Made by a program: the position numbers and the translations under genes
The notes under the pieces: generated by a model
The model's input: only the letters and a program-made list of their open reading frames with translations
Told to the model about the DNA's origin: nothing
The model's database searches: none
Shown: positions 40,701 through 50,773 of the stretch, in pieces
Position numbering within the stretch: position 1 is the stretch's first letter
Layout of the letters: every line of letters begins with the position of its first letter
Assembly (NCBI GenBank): GCA_964247055.1
Contig: OZ176053.1
Location: forward strand, 2,480,001-2,544,000
Length of the DNA stretch: 64,000 bases
Source of the DNA: Paragordius varius
Lineage: Eukaryota; Animalia; Nematomorpha
Direction of reading: 5' to 3'

Positions 40701-41881
40701 TAAATTACGTCAATTATGTGATTGGTATAAAAATGCCCCTTTTGAAGATATTATCGCAAAGTATTTTATTTTACACTAAAAATTGATAATATGCAGGCAA
40801 AACATAATACAAATATTTTTAAAAGGGAATTATACTTTTTTAAACATTTCTTTTTCCCATATATTATTCAATTCCGATTGGAAAATATGGAATTGATTGT
40901 GTTAACCATGTATATCTCTCATTTTAGCTAAATGGTTGGTTTTTAGAAAAAAATATTTTTCTTTTGTCCGTATAATTTCAATTTACTGTATATCACGTTT
41001 CACATTTTTTTAAACTATTAAAAATTTTAATATTTTATCGATTTATCGAATAACACACGATATTGTTAATTTTTTTTTATGTATTATATATACCTAGGTA
41101 ATATAAAAATTAAATATATACCATTTTACTTAAATTTTGAAAATACCTTTTATGTATTAACGTTTTACATTTTTTTCTATTTAACAATTTAAAAAATATT
41201 GATTTTTAACACGTACAATTATTAATTGTAAGTTAAATTTAGCATATAATCAAGCTCTCTTCATCATTCCTTTTTCTTTAACCTTCAAAAAATAAGTATT
41301 TCATTTTTCTAAACTACCTATATATAAACTAGATTTTTTACAATTTAGGTTGTTAGTAGGAAATACTTGTAGCGACTAAAATTTAATTAAATAGTTGCAT
41401 TTAAAACAGTAAAAGATATAATGGGGACATCTAAAATTGAAAATTTTAATTTTTCATAATATTTATGTTCATATAACTTAAGTGTGTTCATCATTTATTT
41501 CTTTATTCTTCTATATCATAATTTTAAACGATAAAAAAATAGAATATATTTTAATATTATCAAGTTTAGTTTTTAAGTAATATTTATGAACATAATTATT
41601 TTGATTCGAACCACATATAAATTAGGGCACAATCAAAAGAAATCGATAGCCGTCAAACTATACAATCCCTCGTATTCAATAATATAACGCGGTCCCCCCT
41701 TTCATTTTATAATAGGCCTGTCAAGCCTCCGGCTTATTTTACAACGCATTTCCTGCATTCTGATAATGATAATAACAAGAAAAAAGAAAATGACGGCCTT
41801 ACAGAACAAACTTTTATGAATAAATATCAACAACCTACATCCCTCGTTGATATGAAATTTCCACGTCTAATAGTTTATTGA
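17073..41881 (+). CDS. EFR3: EFR3 homolog (PI4KIIIalpha plasma-membrane scaffold; rolling blackout/cmp44E family), 27 coding exons, about 1421 aa
   Basis: Hand-spliced exons, all GT-AG with phases closing (4266 nt): 17073-17257, 17443-17676, 18014-18152, 18665-18890, 20582-20763, 21423-21589, 22889-23042, 23789-23973, 24290-24375, 24681-24783, 25268-25362, 26708-26932, 27404-27540, 27611-27750, 29178-29337, 33867-34054, 34539-34758, 35128-35173, 35597-35708, 36179-36387, 36701-36838, 36919-37062, 37302-37505, 39181-39330, 40182-40283, 40682-40760, 41626-41881. Motifs: Cys-rich N-terminus MGFKKYCCHC, PRYQRLVDNIFP, EKLDRIGEYL, DRHDNLAKL, KNAPFEDI, and the C-terminus MKFPRLIVY. Exons in the low-complexity middle are less certain. 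Confidence 0.93.
22047..22303. mobile_element. MITE family B1 (TIR ATATACCATTTACAATTCAAATTCACCCT; 21-bp subterminal repeats)
   Basis: Both TIRs present; AT-rich core shared with the other B1 copies. Confidence 0.85.
22516..22873. mobile_element. MITE family B1, abutting a (TA)n tract
   Basis: About 5 units of CAATTCAAATTCACCCTT(G/A)AA on the left and 3 inverted units on the right; ends GTAAATGGTATATA. Confidence 0.85.
23214..23500. mobile_element. MITE family B1, abutting (TA)n, right end degenerate
   Basis: (TA)n-CCGTTTACAATTCAAATTCACCCTTGAAC; right-side GGGTGAATTT remnants. Confidence 0.75.
23546..23739. mobile_element. hAT-like MITE (CAGGGG ends); relatives at about 6808-7085, 58320-58378 and 60037-60265
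   Basis: CAGGGGTGACCAACA ... TGTTGGACACGCCTG termini; 8-bp flanks GTCTTATC / GTGTAATC match 6 of 8, consistent with a decayed hAT TSD. Confidence 0.65.
25831..26496. mobile_element. Two family B1 MITEs fused end to end, with the inner termini missing
   Basis: Outer TIRs at 25831 and 26496; two internal cores; the repeat orientation switches at about 26160-26175. Confidence 0.75.
27798..28606. mobile_element. MITE family D (TA-flanked, CAGTAAAAATT...TATACGGACAAAAC TIR; Tc1/mariner-pogo type) carrying an RTE insertion
   Basis: TA|CAGTA ... TACTG|TA ends; the left TIR is split at the AAAGACAACCATAC motif by LINE sequence. Confidence 0.8.
27861..28398. mobile_element. RTE-clade LINE 3' fragment with an inverted 5' segment
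   Basis: The - strand of 28180-27880 gives QLKYLGHIIR...RGRPKRRWIDML...QDRQKWRTLI (with a stop and a frameshift). The + strand of 28181-28398 gives TKLAILKAMKYPVAIYGSESW...LKISWKAHISNSYIL. Both are RTE ORF C-terminal motifs. Confidence 0.85.
30421..32690 (-). mobile_element. Decayed RTE-clade LINE (RT domain to 3' end) with an inverted upstream segment
   Basis: Motifs on the - strand in the correct order despite stops and frameshifts: IDPMQFAF, FVNLEKAYDSVP, GLHEGSV, LYTDD, FPYLGD, RPAMTYATETWAL, RNRLRYNRHVQRM. The + strand at about 32500-32680 gives KWWWDD...KEKTRLYKKWKK. Confidence 0.82.
33330..33614. mobile_element. MITE family D, about 285 bp
   Basis: TA|CAGTAAAAATTTAAATTATACGGACAAAACG ... 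TTTTACTG|TA. Confidence 0.82.
34830..35061. mobile_element. MITE family B1, degenerate
   Basis: TTTAGGGTGATTTTTAATTGTTC...AAATGGTATAT right end; the left end is unclear. Confidence 0.55.
38040..38530. repeat. Dispersed repeat family G, about 500 bp; inverted copy at about 62960-63430
   Basis: Collinear reverse-complement match, including GAGCGACAAACGCGCGAAG(C/G)GAGAGCAT and AATAGCTCAAACTTTGTTT. Confidence 0.8.
39835..40057. mobile_element. MITE family E (TA-CAGT, hairpin)
   Basis: Inverted arms ATTTCACATTATAGTTG / CAACTATAATGTGAAATAAGCAACC and GTGTATGGAAAAAAA / TTTTTCCCATACAC. Confidence 0.72.
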
Positions 41882-43177
41882 TTTTTTTTCGGAAAACACT
41901 ATATACCTATGTATATGTATATATTTGCAAAATGCTATGCATTCATGTATAATATCTGCGCACACCTATTTTTTACTTTAGTTATTCATATTTATAAAGT
42001 TGTTTGCTCTAAAGAGACTAATTTGGAGAAAACTGTTATTAAAAATGTGCAAACAAATTATGTATATGTAATATATATGTATTAAATATATATATATATA
42101 TATTTGTTAGACATATAAAAACATATATTAGATGATAAATAAATTATTATTATGGTTACTTAATGTTATATCATAATATGTAAATAAGTTTTGAATGTTA
42201 CGTAGTGTTAAAATGGTATATGAATTCCTACATTTAATTAGGATTATTATTATTAGATAAATTGGGTTTTACCCATTATCATTAGAATTTCACAAATAAT
42301 TTAAATTACGTCATAAAACTGCCTACACCAAATTTATATATTTTAATTTAAAAGAAATTAATATATTTATAAGCTAATCACATTATAAGCCTTTATACAT
42401 CAATATATATTAATCTTTACATAAATATTTGTATAATAATAATAACAATAATACAGTAGCGTTTGACATAAAAACGTTAGTATCCATAATTAATATATAC
42501 AAAATATGTGAAAACATAGGAAAAAACATGTATAATATCAACCATTAGTTATTTATTACCATAAGTTACTGTATTTACAAAATTATTTTTTTGAATTAAT
42601 CATCACATAAATTTTTTAGTGTTAATTTTATCAATGCAAAAAAACATCCATATATATATATATATATATATACATATTTAGATAGTTTTTAACCTTGTGC
42701 CTATTACACTCTGTTTCAATAACTATATAGAGACATGGAAAAAAAATTAATTTAGCTAATTACCTCTAGCTCTAGAAAAATATCAATATTTTTTTGGGTA
42801 TGAGGTAGGTAGAGATAGATAGAGTGGGGAGATGGTGATTAAATTTAATCAATATAAAAATTTTATATTTTTTTAATAATGTGCTGTGCTCGCTCTCATT
42901 ATATTGAAGATGTGGTGTTTATATTTTACCTTTTATTGTTAAAATCTGCATTTTATTTTCTTTTTTTGTATCATAAAAGCTTCTTAACAGTTTTTTAGCT
43001 AAGCTTTGTGATTATTCAACAATATCTATATAATGTTTGTATAAAAAATATATTCTGCATATCTTTCAAATATAAATTATAAAAAAACATTTTTTTTGCA
43101 TTTTCCCCTTTTTTCACCAACAAAAATTAATTTAATTAACTTGAACAGAAATATTGACATCTTTTACATCCGTTAAT

Positions 43178-46100
43178 ATGGATTGGATATTCAACAAAGG
43201 AGAAAATACACGGGTAATATATATTAATTAATTTTTAATATAAAATTGTATATGTGACAGTTGCATTTTCATTTAATTTAATAAACAATATAAATTAAAC
43301 TGAATGATAGCACAGAATTTGGTAAAATAAAAGGGAGACATTAATAATGAGAACTTTAGTTCAATACATTAATTGGTTTTATGGGGGGGGGTTTGAATTA
43401 AATGTTTTTAGTTTATTCATGCATTCATACATGTTAAATTTTAAACTCTTTTAAATCGCTGTAGTTTTTGATTAAAACAAATAATGCCTTATACTATAAC
43501 GTTGGAATCGTTGCTATTTGAAATTGATTAATTTTCAAATATGAAAAGTATTTCCAATAAAAGAATTATACGTTCGAAAAATTAAAACATTAGTCTAAAC
43601 ACCATTTAATTAATTGTTAAAAATAATTAATGAAAATGTATAAATCATCGGAAAATTTTAACCTTTTGAGATTTAGTAATTACAAATGATTATATTGGTA
43701 TTAATATTTTGAATGTGATTTCTGTTGAAGTGACTTATCTGCAGAGTTTGACATGGTGAAAGAATAGATATTTCACCTATAGTTCATTGTTAAATATCAA
43801 TGTATATATCATATTATCACTTCATTAACTTTCGTGATAGTTTTGTACCCTAGAGTCAATTTATATTCTCATTAACACTAGAAAATATAAGATATAATGG
43901 GCCGAATAAAATTATGAATTGTTTAGTACTCTTTTAACACTTGGATAAAACACATTCATTTCAGTCCTTCGATTTAAATTGAGGTAGTTAGATATCTCAG
44001 GCTTGTTTAATATTAAAAAATAAATTAAAAGCACAGCAAAAGTTTTTTGCGTTTAATATTTATAAACTGAAAAAAAAAATAAATTCATTCAAAAATACTT
44101 CATTATTCAGAGGTAATACCCAAAGTAAAAATATAACCAACATAATATGTGTGCATATGCTAAATATAAAAATGTTACAAAACACTTTTGTTTATAACAA
44201 TGTTAAATTTGATTTATAAATGTAAAAATTATAGGCTTAGAATAATGTGACCAGATATTTTGAACGCAGTAAATTATAACATACTTTGTTTTTACACCAT
44301 CGGTGTGGTATATTACACAGTTTCCACAAAATGAGAAATATACATATTTTTATAGGAAAATATCAGGGTATCATGGTTTTGGTTTTAACCTTTACGAGAT
44401 ATTTAAACCTTTGTGGTAGATGCTCCGTATAAAATTTTCAAGTGAGCAATCTTTTTCAGATAAATTCTTTGGTGAAAGCTAAATGCATTTTGAAAAATTT
44501 CACCAAAATATAACATAAACTACATATAAAACAAAAAAAATTTGCAAATTATAAATTTTTAGATGTGAGCTCTGAAAGTCCCAAATTTTTCGTTCTCTTA
44601 AAATAAACACGAAATTCCGACATGTGAAATAGTTTTAAATATATGCTAAATTTTGATATCAACTACATATATTTTTTAAAATTATATTTCAAAAATTTAA
44701 TTTTTTGCAATATTTTGTTGAGGCATACTTTATATTAATTTGAGCATGATGGAAACAATATAAACGGTTGAGGATTTAACACTTTATATATAATTTGATA
44801 ATGTGAAACCTCATTCGGAATTTTGATTAAAATATTCGTTCCCTAAATAAAAATTGTGTTTTTTACAAAAATTCACCAAAATTTGCAACCAAACAAACCT
44901 TTATATTATTCCGAATGTTTAGCATCATCGAATTATTTTAAAAAGAGTTTTATTAAATCTTAAAGCGTTATACCGTTTCCATCATGCTACAAAATCATCA
45001 GAAGTACACTTCAACAAATAATCTCAAATTTGTTTATAAAATAAAACTAATGAAAAAAATTATATCATACCTCCCATCTAATGAGTGAAAACGTAAAAAA
45101 CTCTTTATTTTTAAATACGAAAAAGAGGTTATTTCTAAATCATATGCATATAACGGGAATAACATTTTTCTTTATAATTTGCCGTTTGATAATTATAACA
45201 AAATATGAACTAAACTTGATAAGATATTTATTAAAATATTTTAAATGAATTTTGTTAATTTTAAATTTTGAGGCACGTTTTTTTGCTAGCCCAGAGTGAA
45301 AGATCCATTAGCCTGAATCTTAGGGTAAAATCCAAAGATTTATAGTTTCACCATTGCGCGAAAGGCTGCAATCATAAGTGGTTTGATCAATCCAATTTTA
45401 TGTATAATTGCAGGAATATTCAAATAGGCCAATCTTATTGTACCACAAAATGAACCATTACTTTTCAAATCATGCGGTTATATTTACAGGGGTTACTATA
45501 TCAAATTCTAAAATATTTTTTGAATAAATAAAAGATAATTAATATATATTCATAAATAATATTTTTTTTAATTTCAAAAAGCAGTACAAAAGTGGGCGCA
45601 GTACAGTCGCAGTTTTTCTTAAAATTCAGTACTGTACTGCCAAATTCCAATCAAAGTATGAAGCACATGATTAAAAAGTTTTTTTTATAAAAACTATAAT
45701 AAATTCTATAAATTTATGCGCCGCCATTTCGTTAAATAAAAGTAGATATATGTAAATTATGGTTAAAAATGTAATAACCTTTAAAGCCTTCAAGATACCT
45801 TTTCGCAGATGATATTTATTCAGCTGTTTCTAGCGTTTTGTGGCTATTACAATACTCTAAAATTTAAAACCGTAAAAGTATTATTAATATACCAGTTAAA
45901 AAATTAAATTTTTACCAAAACCCCTTTAAAACAATAGTTTTTTCTACAAAACGGACCCAAAAACAAGCAAATAAAAAGATAAAGAATAATATATTATTTT
46001 AACTCTTTTTGATTTGATATAATTATAATTTCTACTAATTAATACGTCAAAACATCATTTTTTCGATTCAAATTGGGGCATCTAAACACCCCAAACCATA

Positions 46101-48280
46101 TTTAAATTGATATTTTTAAAAAATAACTGAAAGAAACGGTTCTAATTTAAATTTATGCTCCTATCCTAATAAAAATTATATATCAAAATATCTAATAAAA
46201 TTTAAAAAAGTTTCGTATCAAACTACTTGGACCCCATTTTTATTTCCCAACATTTTTGCCAAATATCGTTTTTATTTATTCTAGGCCTAAAATTATATTT
46301 AATTATTAAAAATAATCACATTAAAATTGAAATAAATGATATTTTCACTATTTTTGTGTTTTGCTCATGCACAGATGTCATCTTGGCTAAATTTTTACCT
46401 TTCGGTTTTACCCCTCAGCAAATAATGTCAAGTATTTTTTAAGCAAGTAACTTTTGCCATGGTTTTAGTTTTTCCTTATTTTTAAAATTTTAAACAAGCC
46501 TGGGGTCTCAATTTAATACGAATGGTGTTATAAATAAGGTGCATAATTTCCTATTTTGATAAAACAATACAGGAATCGCACTTCATATATGTCTTCAGTC
46601 ATCTAACTACTTCTTAAGTAAATTTAATTTTAAAATTACAGATACAAAATTATGTAAATTTAGTTTAACACTTCATTATTAATTAAAGTTTTAACTATAG
46701 TTTTAGTGGTTTAAAATATAAGCTTACTAATCGTTTTAAATTAAAAATCAATAAAACCTATTTATAAACCTATTCATTCAAAAAAATTATTGCAATTACA
46801 CCTATAGTATCTAACCAATAAAATAATATCAGTGATCAACATATAAAACAGTAGTTTAAACGATATTTTTTATCTATTAATTGTTTAGCCTGATCCTAAA
46901 ACGCCACAAACTGTCATGGGGGATGCTATTATATCTGAAGTAATGAGATGCATGGAAATATGTTATAATGAAAGAAAAGCCAAATCTCAAAATGAACCCA
47001 CAAATGATAACGAAAATGGTAAAACATTGCAGTCATCACTTTTACCAAATTCTACAGCTTATGTCCCTGGAGATACATTAATACAATATCCCACATCATC
47101 CGCAAATAAAAACAACGATACAATTAGTGAAATGGAACATTATACTAATGGGTACAGAAAGAGTTCAGATGTCCCTGTCATCAATACACCTACAACAAAT
47201 GAACAACAAACAAATAGTAGCGCAACTTTAAACAACACGAGCGAAGATAAAAAAGAAAATGATAGCAATAGTAATAATTATCCAACACCCCGGGTAGATT
47301 ATTCGTGGTTAGCTAGACCGGGTTTACCTCGACGTTCCTCCATACAATCTCCTTTATCCATTGTTCAGGGCGAAGTAGAGGATCAAATCTTGGGGAGCGT
47401 GAGTGAAAGTGATCTTAAGGATCCTACCATAGCTTCTGAACTACCCTACATGACAGAGTTGGAGAGAACTGAACTGTATAATCTTGCCATCCAACTTGAA
47501 CCACGTGAATACGTTCGAACCGTTAAAATATTCCGTAAAAAGTTATCCGACATTGCAGCCGTAAAATCTGGTCGTCGATCGGGTTCAATCGCTTCTGTCA
47601 TAGGCTCAGAACTGGAACGATCCATACCAAATCTTAAATCTTATTCGGCCAATGATCCATTCATGAAAAAAGGAGGGAAGCAAGCAAAAACTGGAACAAC
47701 ACCTTCCTATCTGTCTCCCATGACCGCAGGGGCGGCCAAGACAGATAAGGATGAGGAAAGTAGTATTTCATCTTTATCCAACTCCTCTAATGCCTACTAT
47801 CCAGAGTATGATTGGCAATTACAACCACCTGAACAAGGTTCATCTATTCACGATATGGATACAACATCTTTTACAACGGGTATTGAGGATGACTTAAATT
47901 TTGATTTCCAAAACCCGGACCCATTAATAAAAGCGGATTTGTCCGTGTTTAAACCAAGAGAAATACCAAACATTATGAGACTTGCAATATATCGTGTCCT
48001 AGATATGCGGGATTTACATAAAGCTCAGACCCGTAAAGGCAGTTTTCATCGAAAAAGTTTTCACAACAAATTGACAACCAACACTTCCGCCAGTAACCTT
48101 GGAATAATTAGTAAAGATAATAAAATTTATCCTGCGCATATGGATTCTGAAAATAATAGCAAAAACCTAGCTAGACAAGATTCAAAACGGTTTTCCGAAA
48201 ATTTTCATCGAATAACTGTAAGCGATAAAGCCAGATCCCAAGGCTCCAGACGTGCTACAGATTTTCATTTACCAAGTTAG
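43178..48280 (+). CDS. RD3-family (retinal degeneration 3-like) protein with long insertions; join(43178..43213,46889..48280), about 475 aa
   Basis: Micro-exon MDWIFNKGENTR|gtaat splices in phase 0 to tttag|PDPKTPQTVMGDAIISEV. The product carries RD3-like blocks in the correct order: KTPQTVMGDAIISEVM, RVDYSWLA, TELERTELYNLAIQLEPREYVRTVKIFRKKL, PREIPNIMRLAIYRVL. Family assignment is from recall of human RD3. Confidence 0.78.
43934..44280 (+). mobile_element. MITE family A, partial copy
   Basis: TTAACACTTGGATAAAACACATTCATTTCAGTCCTTCGATTT left end; it decays to the right. Confidence 0.7.
44360..45010. repeat. Old dispersed repeat family C (unclassified DNA-transposon-like); other pieces at about 4150-4400, 10690-11340, 14440-14660, 15170-15860
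   Basis: Shared motifs ATCATGGTTTTGGTTTTA, TTTGGTGAAAGCTA, (G/T)GAGCTC(T/C)(G/A)AAAGT and CATGATGGAAA. Ends not resolved. Confidence 0.55.
46060..46530 (-). mobile_element. MITE family A, diverged reverse copy
   Basis: TCGATTCAAATTGGGGCATCTAAACACCCC, with body similarity (AAATTTTTACCTTTCGGTTTTA, GCCATGGTTT, AAACAAGCCTGGGGT). Confidence 0.7.
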
Positions 48281-48807
48281 TATAAAGGTATCACAATGCA
48301 TGATTAGCATTAGTATGAAACATTATATTATAATACACAATTAATATTCATAAGTATATTGTAAATATAAATATATATTAAACTATCCGTGTCATAACAT
48401 TTATTACCCAATACACTTACCTAATCACAATAATAAATTTGTTGTTCTAAAATATTGTGTTATTATTCAGTTATATATTTAGCGTGTATTGACAGTGTAA
48501 TTTGATTATTTTGCTACATAAAAATACTATTTTTACAGTTAAATGCGCAAAGCGTCCTTGGTTTTATGGGATTATTAAGTGTCAGTAAGGACAGAGTAAG
48601 AAGATATGAATGTTAATAGATTTGGTAATTTTTTGTCCTTTAAAGTTAGTTAGTTAGTTAGTAAAACATGTTGGTCAGTATGCTAAAATCACATAAGGTC
48701 ACTCATTCACTACCTTGCATTAGCGAAACTAGGTTGATAAAAAAAGTGAGTGTGCATGTTACATTGACTACTTATTTGAATATGGTCCAGTCATAGTTAT
48801 ATAAACC

Positions 48808-48817
48808 TATATAAAAG
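48808..48817 (+). promoter_or_regulatory. TATA box of the secreted-protein gene
   Basis: TATATAAAAG followed by GG, about 75 nt upstream of ATG 48892; a second TATATAAA lies at 48798. Confidence 0.6.
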
Positions 48818-48891
48818 GGTAAAAAACTGTGGACAAACTATATTCGTTCTATTACATAGTTTTTCGGACTCTACTAATATCCACAAAAATA

Positions 48892-50489
48892 ATGTATGAT
48901 TTTTGGTTTCTTTATATGTTTTGTTGTATGACGGTGTTACTTAACACGTATTGTGTAGCTGATCAACAATCTCAAACATCGCCGCTTTTTGTGAGCCCAA
49001 CATCGTTTGATGATTCCACCATAGCTAAACTCAATAATTTGATTAAAGTATTATGGATCCGAAAATTGAACAATGCAATGACAGGTGCGATAAATGCCAA
49101 ATCCTTAAGTGCTAACACTAAAAGTGCCAATAATGTAATAAACACTGTGCCCGACACCCAACATGTAGCTTTACCCACTAATTTGGAATCGTTGATAAAG
49201 GGACGGTATTTAAATACTAAAATTCCACCCAAAATAACCGTTGGTAATCCTATACAAGGCGGCAATGTCATTGGACAACAATTTGCTGGTTTCCCACCAG
49301 TACTTAGAAATGTCAGGAATACTCGTGATTTGGATGCGAGCGAAGATTTAGACTCACCAACAGGGGATAGTAATTTGATAAACCTCAATTCATTAGTAAA
49401 TAATCCGTCTGTTTTGTTACAAAAACCTCCTCCAAGCTTAAGTTTTGGAAAAACTCTTGATAAAACTCTAAATGGCCCCTTAGCACCAGATTTTAATGTA
49501 GGCCCTTGGAGTAAAAATCCATTGGTTGACCCAAAACTTTCCCAGAACGTTTTGCCTAACACAATAAATCCGTTTGGTCAGGGTCCAATACCTAATATAC
49601 CTTTATCACCGCCTCAAGGAGGAACGGGCCTGATTCCAGGTAGTTATTTTACCATGTAACATAAATACATATTGACGATCTTTTTTTAAATTTGTTAGGA
49701 CTTATCAACCCATTGCCACCAACAATCGGATTCCCAAGCACAGCAAGCAAAACGCTGGTAGATGCAAATTTGCCAGTTCCGCCCTCCTTACCATCCTTAG
49801 ATAGCAACTTTGTTAATCAATACGTAGTGCCAAATCTTAATCCAATCTATCAACAGTTGTATAGACAAATACAAGCTATCCCGACCGAGAATACGGTTAC
49901 AAGAACCGAAGTTACACCCCAACAAAACATTATATCTCGTGTGGTTCAAGTACCTCATACCCAAATAGTTACTGAATGTCGACCCGAACAATATCACTAC
50001 CAGTATCAAAAGTTGGAGCTTGAACCGATCCTTAAAAAGATTCAAGAACTTATCCCCATCCCATTCGTGTACAAACTTAAAACTTTGCAACCACAGATCC
50101 GTGAATACGTTTACCAAATCATGGAACCGGAAATCATTAAAAATTTGATTAATTATTACACGTTACAGGCATCCATTAAAACTATCCAAGGGTATGAATT
50201 GACACCCATCGAAAAAACTATCGTAACGCTCAAAGATGAAACGTATACGACACAAGTTAATACGCTTAAACCAGTAATCCAAAACATATTGGTTAAGGGT
50301 GAGTCCCTACTTCCCTACAACATTCAAATCAATACTTTGAACCCGGTTCCTGGAATCACTCAAGTCCCTGGTATTCAAATTGTACCCCAAATTCAAAAGC
50401 AGCTGGGCGTCAAGGTTCAACCCTTCTATTATGCCGTGCCGGCTCCACCAACGCCCTATCAAAATCCGTATCAACCCATTAAATCATAA
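48892..50489 (+). CDS. Unrecognised secreted Pro/Val/Gln/Thr-rich protein; join(48892..49639,49699..50489), about 512 aa
   Basis: Two adjacent long ORFs are joined in frame by a 59-nt GT-AG intron (CCAG|gtagtt...tgttag|GACTT). The N-terminus MYDFWFLYMFCCMTVLLNTYCVA looks like a signal peptide. A TATA box lies upstream and AATAAA is at 50607. Confidence 0.8.
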
Positions 50490-50773
50490 CATGTAGCCAA
50501 AAAAAAAATTTCTTTTGCTAACACTAGTCTTTTTTTATTTTTGAATAATACATTTAATTTATTTCTTTAATATAACGCGTGTGATAGCAACAGTCATTCA
50601 ATTTTCAATAAATATATATATATATATATATACATTGATAAATAAATATATTATAACCATAAAATTTTAAATAAAATAATTATTAACTTTGCGAGTAAAT
50701 AGTAAATATGTTCAAGCAAGAAAATTTTGTGGTGCCATATAGAGAATTTACAATATAAATTATATAAGCCGTT

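Noticed and set aside
48972-49562. 196-aa ORF on the - strand (and 106-aa ORF 49797..50117)
   Set aside because: These are antisense shadows of the secreted-protein CDS; the + strand has the TATA box, signal peptide, in-frame intron and poly(A) signal.
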